Assembly (NCBI GenBank): GCA_951406725.2
Contig: OX597817.1
Span: 64,108,001 to 64,172,000, forward strand
Length of the DNA stretch: 64,000 bases
Source: Octopus vulgaris
Taxonomy: Eukaryota
Direction: 5' to 3'
Below, in pieces: positions 26,096 through 39,993 of this stretch. The notes beneath the pieces are model-generated. The model did no database searches. It was given only the letters and a program-made list of their open reading frames with translations, and was not told the DNA's origin. A program made the position numbers and the translations under genes. Every line of letters begins with the position of its first letter. The stretch's first letter is position 1.

Positions 26096-27291
26096 GTAAA
26101 TATTCTCTTTTTATTGTTTTTATGTAGTTTTTCTTTTTTTTTAGTCTTAGGTGTATGTGGATGCATTTTTGACTTCCTCTTTGGACATTTTCTTACTAAC
26201 TGCAAACAAAGACACCACTCATACCTGGCTGTTGAACTATTTGTTGTTTAAAGGGCCCAAAAAATATTACCTTCCTTAGAAACCAATGATGGTTGGTGTC
26301 AGGAAAAACATCAAGCCCAAGAAAATCTGTCATAAGTTTCATCTGGCCCATGCAAGCATGGACAAATGGATATTAAAATGATGATGATCATCACCATTTA
26401 GTATCTGTTGTCCATGCTTGCATGGGTTGGATGGTTTGACCAGGGCTGGCAAGCTGCACCAGACTCCAAGCTGATTTGTCATGGTTTCTATGGCTGGATA
26501 CCCTTCCTAATGCCAACCACTCTGAGAGTGTAATAGGTGCTTTTACATGCCACCAGCACAGGTGCCATTTGCATGACATGGGTATCTGCCACGATAGCAA
26601 TTTTACTTGGCTTGATGGGTCTTCTTCTCAAGCACGACATGATGATGATATATAAATGTGTGTGTGTATATGTGTTTTGTTTATTTTTATATCTATTTTT
26701 GTATAGGTTAGAAGAATATATATTATTAAAGCATGTTTTACAGCCAGATGCCTTTCTTGTCCCTAACTCTTATCTGTTTTTCTAGTAAGAGGTCTATTAT
26801 TCCATATGTCTTTAAAGTTTGAAAGCCAGTGGATGATTGTGTCAATAGGGGAAATGGCAACATCATTGCTTGTAGTATAGTAATTTTGGAAAAGTACAAG
26901 TATAAACACATGTACACAGACACACATACATAAAAGTTGATCTTTATTACTTATTCCTTGTTTCTCTCTCCACTTTTGCCCTGTATGTTCTGTCTTTGTT
27001 GCACGTTTTCTTGCCCTAGGCAAGAGGTTAAAGTATGACAGAGGGACAGATAGTACTTGGCTACCCTCTCATCTGCTCTTTCCTTTTTACTCACCTGCTC
27101 TCTCTCCTCCACTCATCCCCTCTCCACTACACTCATATTTTCCCGTCATCTATATCCTGTCCACTCTACCTGTCTACTCTTTGCTCCATCTATTTTTTCC
27201 CACATCACCAGTTCCTCAACTCCCCCAGTCTTCATTACACCTATCTTTGCTCCATTGTTCTCATTTATTTAATTTTATTTAATATCAACAG

Positions 27292-27695
27292 GAGGATGAG
27301 GAAGATGATGATGAAGATGGTGATTTATCTAAATATAAACTGGTTGACTCTGAAGAAGAGAATGACAAATCAAAAAGTCGTAAATCTCGTTCCCGGTCTA
27401 GTTCATCTCGGTCTTCCTCTCGGTCAGCATCCAGCTACAGTTCATCGTCCGGTTCAGGCAGCCGATCACGGAGTCGTTCTCGGTCCTACTCTCGCAGTCC
27501 TTCTTCATCTTCCAGTCGTTCATCACGATCCAGCTCACAGCGCTCGCAATCTCGGTCCATTTCCAGATCCCGATCACGGTCTTCCTCAGTATCCAGTGCC
27601 ACCTCAGACCAACAAATTGCATCAGAGAGAGGGCAGTCAGATGAGAAGAGGAAGAGGCAGTCACATAGGAGAAACTGTTCAGGCTCCAGGTCCAG
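27292..27695 (+). CDS. ZRANB2: ZRANB2 exon: acidic DLSKYKL repeat and RS domain
   Basis: AACAG acceptor, GTAAC donor; open frame EDEEDDDEDGDLSKYKLVDSEEENDKSKSRKSRSRSSSSRSSS...GSRS. Confidence 0.93.
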
Positions 27696-30600
27696 GTAAC
27701 TGGTAAAATGGGTAAAAAAAAATACCAAAAAAAAAAAAAGAATAAGAAAAAATATTCAAGACAAAATATAATTATGCAATCTTTTGGGTGGGTGCCATGT
27801 GAACTGGCTCCCTGTTATTCTAAAAAAATATGGCTGTGTTTAGCAAGTCTCAGAACACCTAATATATACACACACGCACATCAGTAAGTAGTCAGCTTAA
27901 TCACAGCTGCTTGCTTCTCTTCAGCAAGCCACTGATTACTATAAGAAAAGAAAATATAAAGATATGGTTTAAGAAATATTTCTGAACCTTTCTTTCTTTG
28001 CTTGAAACCACAGCTTGTGAACTTTTATTAGGTTTTTGTCTCTACACATCCTTTCGTGAGATGTTATATCATTATTGTTTAGCTAATGTTCCAAGTTAAG
28101 CTCTGTTATTGTTAAACAGACAAGTTTAAACAACTTGTAGTTTACACTACAACACAGTACAGCATCGTCATGTATCATGCTATCAGATCTTGTCATGATT
28201 TGGCCTGTTGAATTCATTTTTTTTCATTAATTTTCTTTTTATGTATGTGAGTGTGTGACTGTCTTTCTGTCTATCTAGTTTCTAACTTGTGTACACCCAT
28301 ATCTATACAGATGCACAAAGCAAAATGTCTCTTTTATAAATCCTGAAAGAGGTGTGTGCTGACTGATGGTGGTGACAATGATTTTGTTTCTCTATAACCT
28401 AAAATATCAATATGCAACAAAAAAAGGGGATTTTTTTTTCAGCTTTTTTAAGGGTAAGGAGTATGTTTGATGTTTAAAAAAAAAAATTTAATTTGCTTAA
28501 ATTATTTAAATGTCAGTAATTCTGAAGCAATTGCCCCAGATAATAGTTGCATGCATGCAGTAATGTTGTTCAAATGTAATGACTCTTTAGAGCTTGTCCA
28601 AGCTTTCAATTTTGTCATTTTCTCCCCTAAAAATGTGGTATTTGAAACACCTAGAATTAACAATAGTGTTGTAAAAAAAAAAAAAAAGATATTGCTCACA
28701 CACAAATACACTTTGTCTTGTTATCAGTGTTAAACATCTTTTATTCCATCTATAGCTTATATCTTTATGAGAAAATCAGTGGAAAGCTGCTATTGGGTGG
28801 GTGATTAAAGTGAACGCTTTGATTTTTTAATATTTAGTTATTGAAACATTCCAGTTTTGTCTAGTTAAAACAGACTGTGATACTTGGTTCAAATTCTGAT
28901 ATTTTTTTTATTGCTTTACCTAGATTCAATCATTGGGTTATTTAGCTCCAAGTGTGAATTAATAGGACTGACAAATCTATGGTCAGATGTTTCTGCTGTG
29001 ACTATCTCAAACTTCTATTCAGACAGTATATCTAAGACTAAATTGTCATTTTTTCAAGATGTTAGTGTGTGGTTTGAGATAGATTTCACTGCTATTTCTA
29101 GCAAGTCCAGCAACTAGGAATGGGCTCTTTTGTTGGCTCATTCTTAGACGTGTTGCTTCTGCATCCCTTTTAAGGATTTTAGTCTAGTACTTTTTTATCA
29201 GCTCCAGAACCATATGATATATGGTCTGATTCTCTACTGATTCAATCATCCACCACCTACAGTTGTACATTCTTGCTCCAGTATATTGGTTCTTATACAT
29301 CTACCAGCAACATACAACTTTATTTTTACACCATCTGTTGTGTATATACTAAGTTAAGTTGTAATTAGTATGTGTGTGACTTTAAATATATTCTACAGTT
29401 TCACATTGTCACAGCTGGACAAATTGATACTAAACTTAATCAGCAGTTTGTATCTCAGAACTGACATTGAAACATTTGCATAGCCAAAACTTGATTCGTC
29501 TTGACCCAGTCCATCAATACATCCATCCAAAATATACATCCCAAAGAGGTCTTATTTGTACAACAATATTTATTTTAATAGCCAAACACCTTGGTGCATC
29601 CATCTACTCCTCAAGTATGGTCGGCTGTTGGTTGTTGGCTTCTCTCTTGGTTCTTCAGCTCTTTGACAGATTCTATTTTTAATCATAATCAGACATCCTG
29701 GACTGCATTCATGGTCAGGCCACTTAACTGATTAGCATTCAATCATTCACAAACACATTCCAACCTCTAGTGCACAGGCATACTCTCTCCTCTGTCTGTC
29801 TCTTCTATCACTACTCTGTTCTTCAGAGCTGGTCTGTCTTGTACCTCTGCCACTCAGGCACCCCAACCCACTCATCCCTCCGCATCTCATCACCCTTGTT
29901 ACACATTTAACCTCCCTTCCAGCTACACATTAACCTCTATGCTCAGTCCTTCCTTTTTAGGACATCAGCCTTCAAGAATCTTCTCTCTGCCCATGTATTT
30001 CCTGCAGATACTGTTGACCTGCAGCAGTCTAAATAGAACAATAAAGCTCATTAGTCTCAGGGAGCCTGCAAAGGTTAAGGGCGTCACTTCTTTCTCCAAA
30101 TGCAGCAAATAAATAATGAATCCACTGGATGCTCACACACTCACCTCATACTCTATAAAGGTGGGTGGGGTGGCTGTTAAATTGCTGACCATTGAACACA
30201 TAGAACTTGTTTTCTTGATATCAGGCTAATTCGCTGTAAATAAATACTACAATAATCAACAGATAGCATTGTTAGTAATTTATAATACCTGAATGTTTGT
30301 TAGCTTATTATGGCAAATGTGACTTCTGCTATAGTTTTAGAGCATGGAGAGGGATGAGAGCTAAATAGATATAGCAGCCAAATCCCAAACTGCATTCTAG
30401 CCTGTAGGATACTTTGAGTTAGGTATACTGTCTGGATAAAAGACAGGATGTTCACACTTGGAACATCTTTGATTATAGGTCTGCTTATGAGTGGGCTTAA
30501 TGTTAAACAATAAGGAGAGTGATGCATATACTACACGAATGCTGTCTCCATATTATGTGTCTGTTGCAAATAAAGGTACTCTAACAATCGGAGTTCATTT

Positions 30601-31154
30601 ATAAACTATAAAACATGAGAATATTTATAATGGTTTGAGAATGAAAAAAAGTTATATGTAAAATTAATATACATATATAAATACTACAATTTGATTAGTA
30701 TCCTCTCTTCTTCGGTATCTGTATGTTTTATGAGACCAAGGACCTGGATCTGGAAGGTCTTGCTTCAGCTTCCATTGATAGAATGCAGTGAAGTAACATT
30801 AGTGTGTGTTCTCAAGGGTACAGGCCTGGGCAAGATTGTAAAGAAGACCAGCAGCTGTCTCTGCAACTGGTCATCCCTCTCCAACCCACTGATATTGTCC
30901 AAAGAAAAGACAAGGGCCAGTACAGCTTGGTACCAATATTGTCACAGGAGTTACCTGAATGAAGTTAAAGACAACATCAGTGGTCTGATGTTGTCTTTAA
31001 CTTGCTGTGAGTACATAATAGAGACTGGTGCTTACAAACCAAAAGATAGAATTTATTTGAAATTTAAATGTAGAATGTAAAGAACTTTAACAAATATTGC
31101 GAAGTATTTTTTCTGATGCTCTAATGATTCTGCCATTGATCATATATATGTGTA

Positions 31155-31214
<60 letters not shown>

Positions 31215-31240
31215 CATATGTATATATATACACACACATA

Positions 31241-31286
<46 letters not shown>

Positions 31287-33449
31287 AGCACACACAGATG
31301 TGTGTATGGTACCCAATACATACACTTAAAATAACAACAGTTCCTGTTTATATAATTATATTATCGTCACTTTAATCTCTGTTTATTTACAATTTAGCAA
31401 TCTGTAAGATTAGAAGTTAGGAACACTTTCTAAGTTCTGATTTATTTCCAAATTATTGTAGTATTATCATTGCCTGTTCATGCATTTCTATATATAACTG
31501 GTTGTTGCTTTCCTTCTTGCTCTTTGTTTTCCTCCCCTTTTATTTCAATTATTGGTGAGTACTGTGTGCTTTTAATGTTTGAAGACACACATGCATATAT
31601 ATGTTTGTGTGTATGTATTTGTGTATGTGTTTATAACTGACATTACATTTTTTATTGTTCAATGTTGTTAAACTCTAAACACTTGTTTTTGTTCCAGAAT
31701 GTTAAATTAAAAATATATGTAAATTTAGAGGAAGATTAGGCTTCTTTTTTTTTTTCCAGTAAATTATTTTTATCTTAAGATCTATTGTTATTGTTTAGTT
31801 TCAAGTTAACACTTTTTGAGCAACCTTATTATTAAAGGTGGTCCAGCTATGACCATCTCTGTTTTTTCCCAATCAATTTAATCAGAAATCTACATTCTTC
31901 AGTATGTGCTTTCTTATTAAGACAGGGTGTGATTTGAGAGCAACTCTACTGCTATTATCAAATGATCACACAGAAACTCCCAATATAGCTAAAATCTATT
32001 GTTGATATCTTTGTTGCTATTGGATGGGCTTTATTAACTCTGAGTAGATAGCTCAATCTAACAAAATTGGCTGTTTTACAGCATGTTACTTTTATTGATT
32101 CTGAGACAAGCAGTTGTTCAGTACTCAACATCTGCTCATTAATTGACTATAAAATCAATATTTGTTTCTCTTTTACTCAACTATTATTTCTTCTTTAAAT
32201 TTGGCCTCTTAAGTTTGATGAAATTTTATTGTTGCATTAACCTTCAGACTAGATTGATTTATGTTTATTAGTCCTGTTATTGTAAGATTTGATATTGGAA
32301 ACCTGCTGCTCCTTGAAATTTAATTGAAAATTTCTATCTTTATCAAGAAATCAAACTAAATTTTTTCTTTCTTTTTTGGGTTAAAATCCATAAAATCATG
32401 CTTGATGAGGTGTCTACTTCTGAACCTTCATTAAATATTGATATTGCATAAATTCTAATGTAAAATGTAAAATATATCATCCTTTAAATAGGAGTTAAGC
32501 TAGCTTCCTTAGACTCTTCCATTGCTGTTTCCATTTTTCTCAATTGGAGAATTGTATGGATCTCATTTGCTATTTTCTTTATATATCCAACATATCTTAA
32601 AATCTGTCTTATATCCTTAGTTTCATTTCTACATGAGTTTCAGAAATCTTCAAATCCAAACTCCTTTATGAATTGTTGGTGCTTTTTATTCTTTACGGTT
32701 AACTATTTTTTCTAATCTGCTCTGTTTGTATGCATGAGAAAAGTGAGAGATGACTTAAGAAAATAGCATTAACTCAGTTTCAATGTATAACACTTGTGTA
32801 GGTAGTTCAACCATTTAACAACACATCAATCAAAACTTCTTCAATTCACTCCACTCTCCATGGTTCCTTTAAGGCAATAACAGCACCTTAACCACCTATT
32901 TTTGAGTTCACATTTCTGGAAATTCCTTCTCATGCTTGTGCACATTGTTTCTCCAGTTTATTGTCTTGGTCCCATTCCCACACTTATTAAACTGAAGTTT
33001 TGATCTGACATATACTATTGCTCTGAAGAATTATGTACCACTCTCTCAACAATCATTGTTTCCCTCCAGTCCAACCTGCTTGTAATCATTATCTTTGTGT
33101 TGACAGCATTAGTTGCTATTATCTTCTGCCAATAAGTAATTTACTGAACACAGTCAAGTCTTCTTATTCTTATTGCACATTCTACTTTTTTAATTACATG
33201 TATTTCATTGTGATACTTGGTTCTCTTGAGGTATTTAATATAGAGTTTCTTATAAAATCTTTTAAAACTGTAAACATATTCACTTTATGTATGTGTGTGA
33301 GAGAGAAAGTAATGTAATGTATACTTTATTCAGCTGTAAAATTATGTATGTGGTGTGTGTGTGTGTGTACACATACACACACACACAACACTGGGGTACC
33401 TGTATGTGAACAGTTCTCTAAACAAACAAATTGAATAACAAATGGTTTT

Positions 33450-33660
33450 TCTGAAGAAAATGAAATTCAGCATAAACTGAAATTTGAACTAAGAGTAGAC
33501 TATGCATGCATTTACCTGCTAGTAGAGTATATGTGAATGATATGCTAAATATACAACTTGTATGGCGAATAGTTTCTCTGAAAAAAATTTTATTCAGCCA
33601 ATGAGCTGAAATTTGAACGGCAAACCACTAGTAGACTAATGCATGCATGCATTTCATGTA
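33450..33660 (+). repeat. Short imperfect direct repeat (~70-80 bp x2)
   Basis: ATTCAGC...CTGAAATTTGAAC...AGTAGACTA.TGCATGCATTT present twice. Confidence 0.7.
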
Positions 33661-34103
33661 GCTTACAGATGTTCATATTTTTTAAAGAAAATATTTCTCA
33701 CATGTCTTACTAAAAATATAATCTTGGATCAGAATGGATAAATAAAACATCATTTATGCTTTTATGTGGTGTTTGGGTTTGACCTAGAAAGATTATCTCT
33801 ATTTATATGTATTTCAGTTATTCATGTATTGAATAATTTGGTTAACAAACATGACTCTGGAACAAATTATGTTCACATATGGAGACCCTACTATATATAT
33901 ATATAAAATTTGTGTATGCACATACTTAAACCCAATGTTTTGCAGCTGTTTAAAGCATTTTTTTTCCATTGAGACAATTTGACTTGTTTTTGTTGTATTT
34001 TAAATTCTAGTTTTTGATGTAATTTCAGAAATGTATAACTATTTTGTTACTGTTATTTATATCACTTGTTTGTTTGTGGTATTTGTTTATTACCAATATT
34101 ACT

Positions 34104-34830
34104 TAATCAATCTTTAAAGGATAGCCATGGTTAAGAAGACTTGTACAATATATCAATATGAGTCAATTTAAGCGATATAAACATTGATAATTTGTGTCTC
34201 TGAATAGATTTGCTTGGTTAGTTATATAAATTATTACATGTTGCCAATCCAGCCAGCCTATTAACCCCGCTTTTTTTCTCCAAAGCAGTGTATATCCTTC
34301 CCCATTTAAGTCAATAGGGGTTTGATTTGTGGAAGATTTGACTGATGTTTCTAGTATGTCAAGTGACCATGTAAAGGCACTCTCATGGGCATATTTATTT
34401 ATATGGAGATAATATAGCTTACTGGTATAATAAAGAAATGTTTTGTTTGTTTCTACCAGACTAAAATCTTCAGTAGTAATAATAATAAAGAAAAAAATCA
34501 AGCTACTTCAATGATGGATGTAATTTCACCATCTTTAATGCAGTTGTTGAGGTGTACATTTTTTTTAATTGTTTAAGAGAGATATTATTTTCTATTGTTG
34601 CTTTTGTAATGTTCCATGACAATGAACCATGTCTTAAGACTAAGTTCTTTATATTTTGTAAATTAATCAGTGAGTTAGAGGGGGAACTGCCTGTAACCTC
34701 TGCAGTTCCTTCCAGATTGTTAACATTGATGTAATTGATGTTCGGTTTGAATATGTGCAAGAATAAAGAGTTTGGTCCTAAATGTCAGAAATTAAACTAT
34801 GGCTATCCTTAAAGGGTTAAATTGCATTTC
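34104..34830. mobile_element. Decayed piggyBac-like (TTAA) non-autonomous element
   Basis: TCTTTAAAGGATAGCCATGGTTAA at left vs AACTATGGCTATCCTTAAAGGG-TTAA at right. Confidence 0.5.
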
Positions 34831-34923
34831 CTTTTGAATGTTTCCATATATTTTTTTTGTGTGTGTATGTGTTGTGTGTGTGCTGTGACTACGTAACTAT
34901 AACATCTACATGGTCTATAACAG

Positions 34924-35043
34924 GTCCCGCTCAACTGAGAGGCAGCACTCTAGAAAAAGACGGCGTTCCCGCTCTAGGTCGTCTTCACGTTCCAGATCAG
35001 GCTCAAGATCCAAAAGCAGAAAATCTGGATCCAATCGGTCGAG
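34924..35043 (+). CDS. ZRANB2: ZRANB2 RS-domain exon: SRSTERQHSRKRRRSRSRSSSRSRSGSRSKSRKSGSNRS
   Basis: AACAG acceptor; phase 2 matches the previous exon; RS-rich; weak GTTTGA donor (read-through stops at 35063-35065). Confidence 0.88.
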
Positions 35044-35697
35044 GTTTGATTTGTGGATTGACTAAAAAGAAAGAAAAAAAAAAAAATTTAACTAATAAAT
35101 GCATGGATCAGATTTCTGTATATTAGTTGTTTTTTTTAAATTTAATTTAATTTTAGATCCTTTTGTATAGCTAGAAAAATACCTTTTAAATGTTTGACTG
35201 TCCAAATCCTACCTGTCTATCAAATATTTGTAATATGAAATTCCTTAAAGTAAATCACAAGCCACAAAAACTTTTACCTACCCACCAGTTTTTAGTCTGC
35301 ACTTTAGCTGTATGTATTTGTGTGTATATATGCATGTATATATTTATATATGTATATATATGCATACATACACACATATTTTTGCATACATACTATATGC
35401 TGCTTTGCTGTTGGAAATTCTGATCCATGTATTTTGTTTTATCTATTTAAATTTTTATTTATTTATTTATTGCAATTAGTGCATTCAAATACAAGTTTGA
35501 ACTGTTTGAATGTCAATCAGTTAGAAAGATTTACAAGATAACTTTTTAAACATAGTCCCATGGGCTGTTTGAGCCTAAATCTCATTTGTTTGGATGGCTT
35601 TTACCCAGTTGCTTCATTGCAACTATGAAAGTTATTAGTTTTATCTATATGTGTATTAGTTATATTGGTTGAATAGGTATATTTGATATCCCCTGTG

Positions 35698-36362
35698 CAC
35701 TCACCACAAACCAGTCTGTTATTACTGTCTATCTGGATCCATTGTAAAGTCAGTAGGTTCATAAACGCTAATACAGCATTTGGTTAGACCATAATTACCT
35801 GTAAAATGTGTTTTACAAAATTCCAGAATGACTTAAAAGACAAAGGAACTAGGAAATGTGAAGTTGTGATGTTCAGAATTTTCCAAAAACCACTGAATCA
35901 ACTTCAGGATAAAAAAAAATGTCACATGTTATAAAGGATTGAAAATGAGTAGTTCTGATGCTTATGACTTTCCTGCATCCTGTCAGCAAAGTCAGTGAAA
36001 TAATTCTGAGTAATTTATTGCTACTCTACACCATCTGTCTTAAGTTGTGTCCATAATAATACTATGTAAAGGCTTACAGATTGTGTTGCATTTAAATGTA
36101 CACCTGGTAGCACTAAGTTAAAAGCTATGAATATATGCTACACACCAATTTTACTTTATTAAAACAATACTGTAGTTCTTTAAGAGATATTGTTCACTCA
36201 CCATTAGCCAGTCTATTATCACTGTTTATCTGGATCCATTGTAAAGTCAGCAGGTTCATAAAAGCTAATACTGCATTTGGTTAGACCTAATTAACCTGTG
36301 AAATGTGTTTTGCAAAGCTCCAGAATGACTTAAAAGTCAAAGGAACTAGAAAATGTGAAGTT
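35698..36362 (+). repeat. Direct duplication of a 168-bp unit (35698-35865 and 36195-36362)
   Basis: Colinear, e.g. TATCTGGATCCATTGTAAAGTCAG and CCAGAATGACTTAAAAG..AAAGGAACTAG occur in both. Confidence 0.92.
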
Positions 36363-37315
36363 ACAATGACTGTTCCCTGTTGACTTCTAAAGACATTAAT
36401 GCTATTTGATGATGGTCTCTTTTATTGTTAAAGAATTTTCAGGGCAATCAGGATAACCATATCTGTAGAACATTGATTTGAATGTTGTATTCTAATTAGT
36501 TTGGTATCTCATTGTCCTGAGTCTCACAGGTGTTAACCAGATAGATAGCAATAATATACCAAGTTCAAATCTGTCACCCTCTAAAATGCTTTTGAGATTA
36601 ATATAATAAGTTTTGAACACTATGTCAAAATTGTTTCAGGTTAATCAAAAGATATTACCATTTTAAGACATGTGATTTAATTCTTTCAAATTTTAACCCT
36701 AAATAAAATCCTCAGTTGATGATTTAGTCTTAGAAACTTCCAACTTTTTATTCCTTAAAAATTGTATGTGTCTATAAGAATACAAGCAAATAGATAAACT
36801 TGCATCTGTATAAGATTAAATTTTAAAAAGAAATATATGGATTGAACAGTAAAGGATTCTGTACATAACTATAAATACTTGTTTGTGTTTTAGATAAAGT
36901 AGTATTGATTTTTCATTATTCTACTTTACTGTTCTTCTATTACCTGCCTTAAAAGCAAGGTAGAAATTTCCCATATCTGTTTCCAAAATGTTTAAAACTT
37001 GGCAACACACTTGTGGTCTATTTATGCAAAACTTCTTTGACTTGAAAAGCTTTCAAGCCCGAGTCTTTGTATTGCTTCAGCTAATGATCTTGATTTGTAT
37101 TAACAAATGATGTGTAAACTCTTGATTGAAATTTATAATATTAACGATAGAAAGAATTGAATCTGATCAGTATTTGTAGATCTGTTAGGTTAACCAAGTG
37201 TAGAGGACTTTTGGATGTAGAAGAAATGTGGAAATTGTATTTTATAAAAGTCTGTTGCCAAATTGAAGATTGCTCATCTGTTCATGAAGATTTCACTTCC
37301 TTGTTGTCATTTCAG

Positions 37316-37322
37316 GAGCTGA
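37316..37322 (+). CDS. ZRANB2: Candidate ZRANB2 terminal exon coding part (R-S-stop), followed by 3' UTR
   Basis: TTCCTTGTTGTCATTTCAG acceptor; G AGC TGA completes ...NRSRS* in phase. Confidence 0.5.
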
Positions 37323-37591
37323 TACTGAGTTGCCGTCAATACACAGTACCCAGAGAAGCTGTCCATTCTTTCACTTACACCAACAGTTAGAGACAGAATA
37401 CACACGCATGCACGCACGCACACACACACACACTCTCTCTCTCTCTCCCCGATACCCCACTTTTTTTACTTTTTATTCCAAGCATTGATTCCTTTCCAGC
37501 CACCATTTGTCTATTTTAAAAATTGCTAGTGCCCCTCCTTTTAGTTTTGTTTCTCTTTCTCTTCTTCACTCTCTCTTCATTATACATACAT

Positions 37592-37659
<68 letters not shown>

Positions 37660-39947
37660 TCACACATACATATACACACATAAATACATTCATACACACC
37701 TTTGACTGTATATGTTACTTCTGTAATCTTTAAATTAGTGGAAGTAACATCATGCTAATTAATTATAACTTTCTTTCATTTCTCAAGCTTTTTAGTAAAG
37801 TAATATCACATATCCTCTTTACAGAAATACTCCTACTTTGATGAGTCTGGTGTAATAATGATGGTGATAATTTTAATAACTCTTCCTCTCTTGCTGTGCT
37901 ATTTGTCTTTAAAAACCCTCCAGAACAATCAGACATGAAATAGTTACCCTCCTTCTGTTTGTTACAGTACACTTTCGGTCATATTGCTTATCCCCAGAAT
38001 ATATAGTCACATTGTGCACCAGACATAGCTGGTCTTATTAACCAAGTTGACCAATATCATGGCATCAAGTTGACCGATTGATGTTATCCTGCTGTGAGAC
38101 TGGAGATGCAGCCAGTGTGTAGGCTGGTTCAAAACTATGCCCATAATTGATCAAAAAGTGGTGTGTGTATGTTTGTGTGTTGGGATATATGTATCTGATC
38201 TCTCATCATTATGTGATTATCAGTCCTCCACCAAATATACCTGTTGTGTTTGTGTGTGTTCAATAATGCTGCTGGTTATGTGTAGTTCTAATGTCACATG
38301 AACCTTAGTTTGAATTTCATCTACTAAATTCTACATTTATATTATTTAGTCACATCATCTAAATGGTGACATTGTATCCACTTCTCATGCATATTTTTTT
38401 CTCTTGTGTCCATTCTTTGGTAACACTGCTTCCTTTATTGATACAAGCAACCGGTGTTTGGTGAAACAAGAAAGAAAAAGAACAACTCATTCTCTCTTCT
38501 CTCACCTTTGTATCCATTTCATGTTTCATTGCTTCATGTGATGTTGTTAACTGCTGATATATATATATATATATTATATATATATATATAGGCACAGACT
38601 TGGCTGTGTGGTTAAGAAGTTTGCTTTGCAACCATATTGTTTTGAGTTCAGCCTCAGTGTTGTATCTTAGGCTAGTGTCTTCAACTATATCCTAGGGCTG
38701 ACCAGTGCATTTTAAGTTAATTTTGGTGGACGGAAACTGAAGTCCATTGTGTGTGTGTGTGAATATGCAAGAACATAGCCATCCCATGACTTTATTTGTG
38801 TAAAACAGTGAATGATATTTACAATCCTTCAACATAACCAGTTGCTCTGCACTTTCTAAAGCCTGTGGGATAAAAAGAAAATAATTCCTTACTTGCAAAA
38901 CAGGTAAAGAGCATTCAGCTTATAAGATCTTACCTCAAATACATCCTTTTCCAACCTATGCTATCATGAAAAAACAAACCTAAATGTGCAGTCACATATA
39001 AAAATTAAAGACAAAGATAATTACATTTTTGAAGAAGTCCTCAGTTATGTAAATTTAACAAATGTAAATTTTCACAGCATCAAATTGTATAGAAATATGT
39101 TTATTTCTCATTGTAAAGCAGATGAGGTCAGCATATGGGTGTTTATAAAGGATGTATAGATAATGTTACATATGCATGGTAGGTTTACATAGGAACTCCA
39201 GAATAATGTGGAATCTTTATATTGTTCAGTACAAGATCTCTTGTCAGAAAAAGACAAGCATGGGTAATAGCAAAACACAATTTCAGTTTCAGAATCTTGT
39301 TTAAATTTATTGGGTGAACTGGGCAGAGGTGAGTAGAGGCTTCAAATATGTTAGCTATACAACTTGTTTTGTAAAAACGTAATTATGAGCTTCATTGAGC
39401 ACCATTCAATGAATATTAACTATCCCTTCATGCTTTCACTGGAAACAGTGTATACTTTTTATAAGAACATAAACATACATGCACATTATATATGTGTGTG
39501 TGCAAATGATTGGAAACAAAAGAACTGAAAATCACAATTCCAGTTCATCACTACTTGAAGTTTCCAGTTGTTTTGATATTCTTTACAGTCTAAAGAACAT
39601 AATAATAATAATAGAAAACTCAGTGTAATGATGGATTCAAATATATACAGAGAAAATTTCCTCAATATATGTAGAAGAATTTATTTATTCAAAGCTGATG
39701 ATTAATGCCACTGCTCATATGTGTGTATACACACATGAAAAAATGTTGGCTGTGTGCAATATGAATATTAGAGAAAAATCAAAACTTCGAAACAACTGAA
39801 GAGGATAAATATACATAGAAATACTCCTATCAAGTATGGGAAGCAGATAAATGCAGTTTTGATGCATTCGTGTTGAAACCATGCTTGTAGACTGGTCTCC
39901 ATGGCAGATAAAAGAATTTCCATGCCTCATTTTGATTTTTTTTTTTT

Positions 39948-39993
<46 letters not shown>

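Noticed and set aside
27035-27706. 223-aa ORF, the longest in the track
   Set aside because: Off-frame reading of the ZRANB2 acidic/RS exon plus intron sequence
27398-27728. Minus-strand RD/RE-rich ORFs
   Set aside because: Antisense shadow of the RS-domain codons
31087-31375. YI/CV-repeat ORFs (also near 37523, 39715, 58604)
   Set aside because: Dinucleotide microsatellites lacking stop codons
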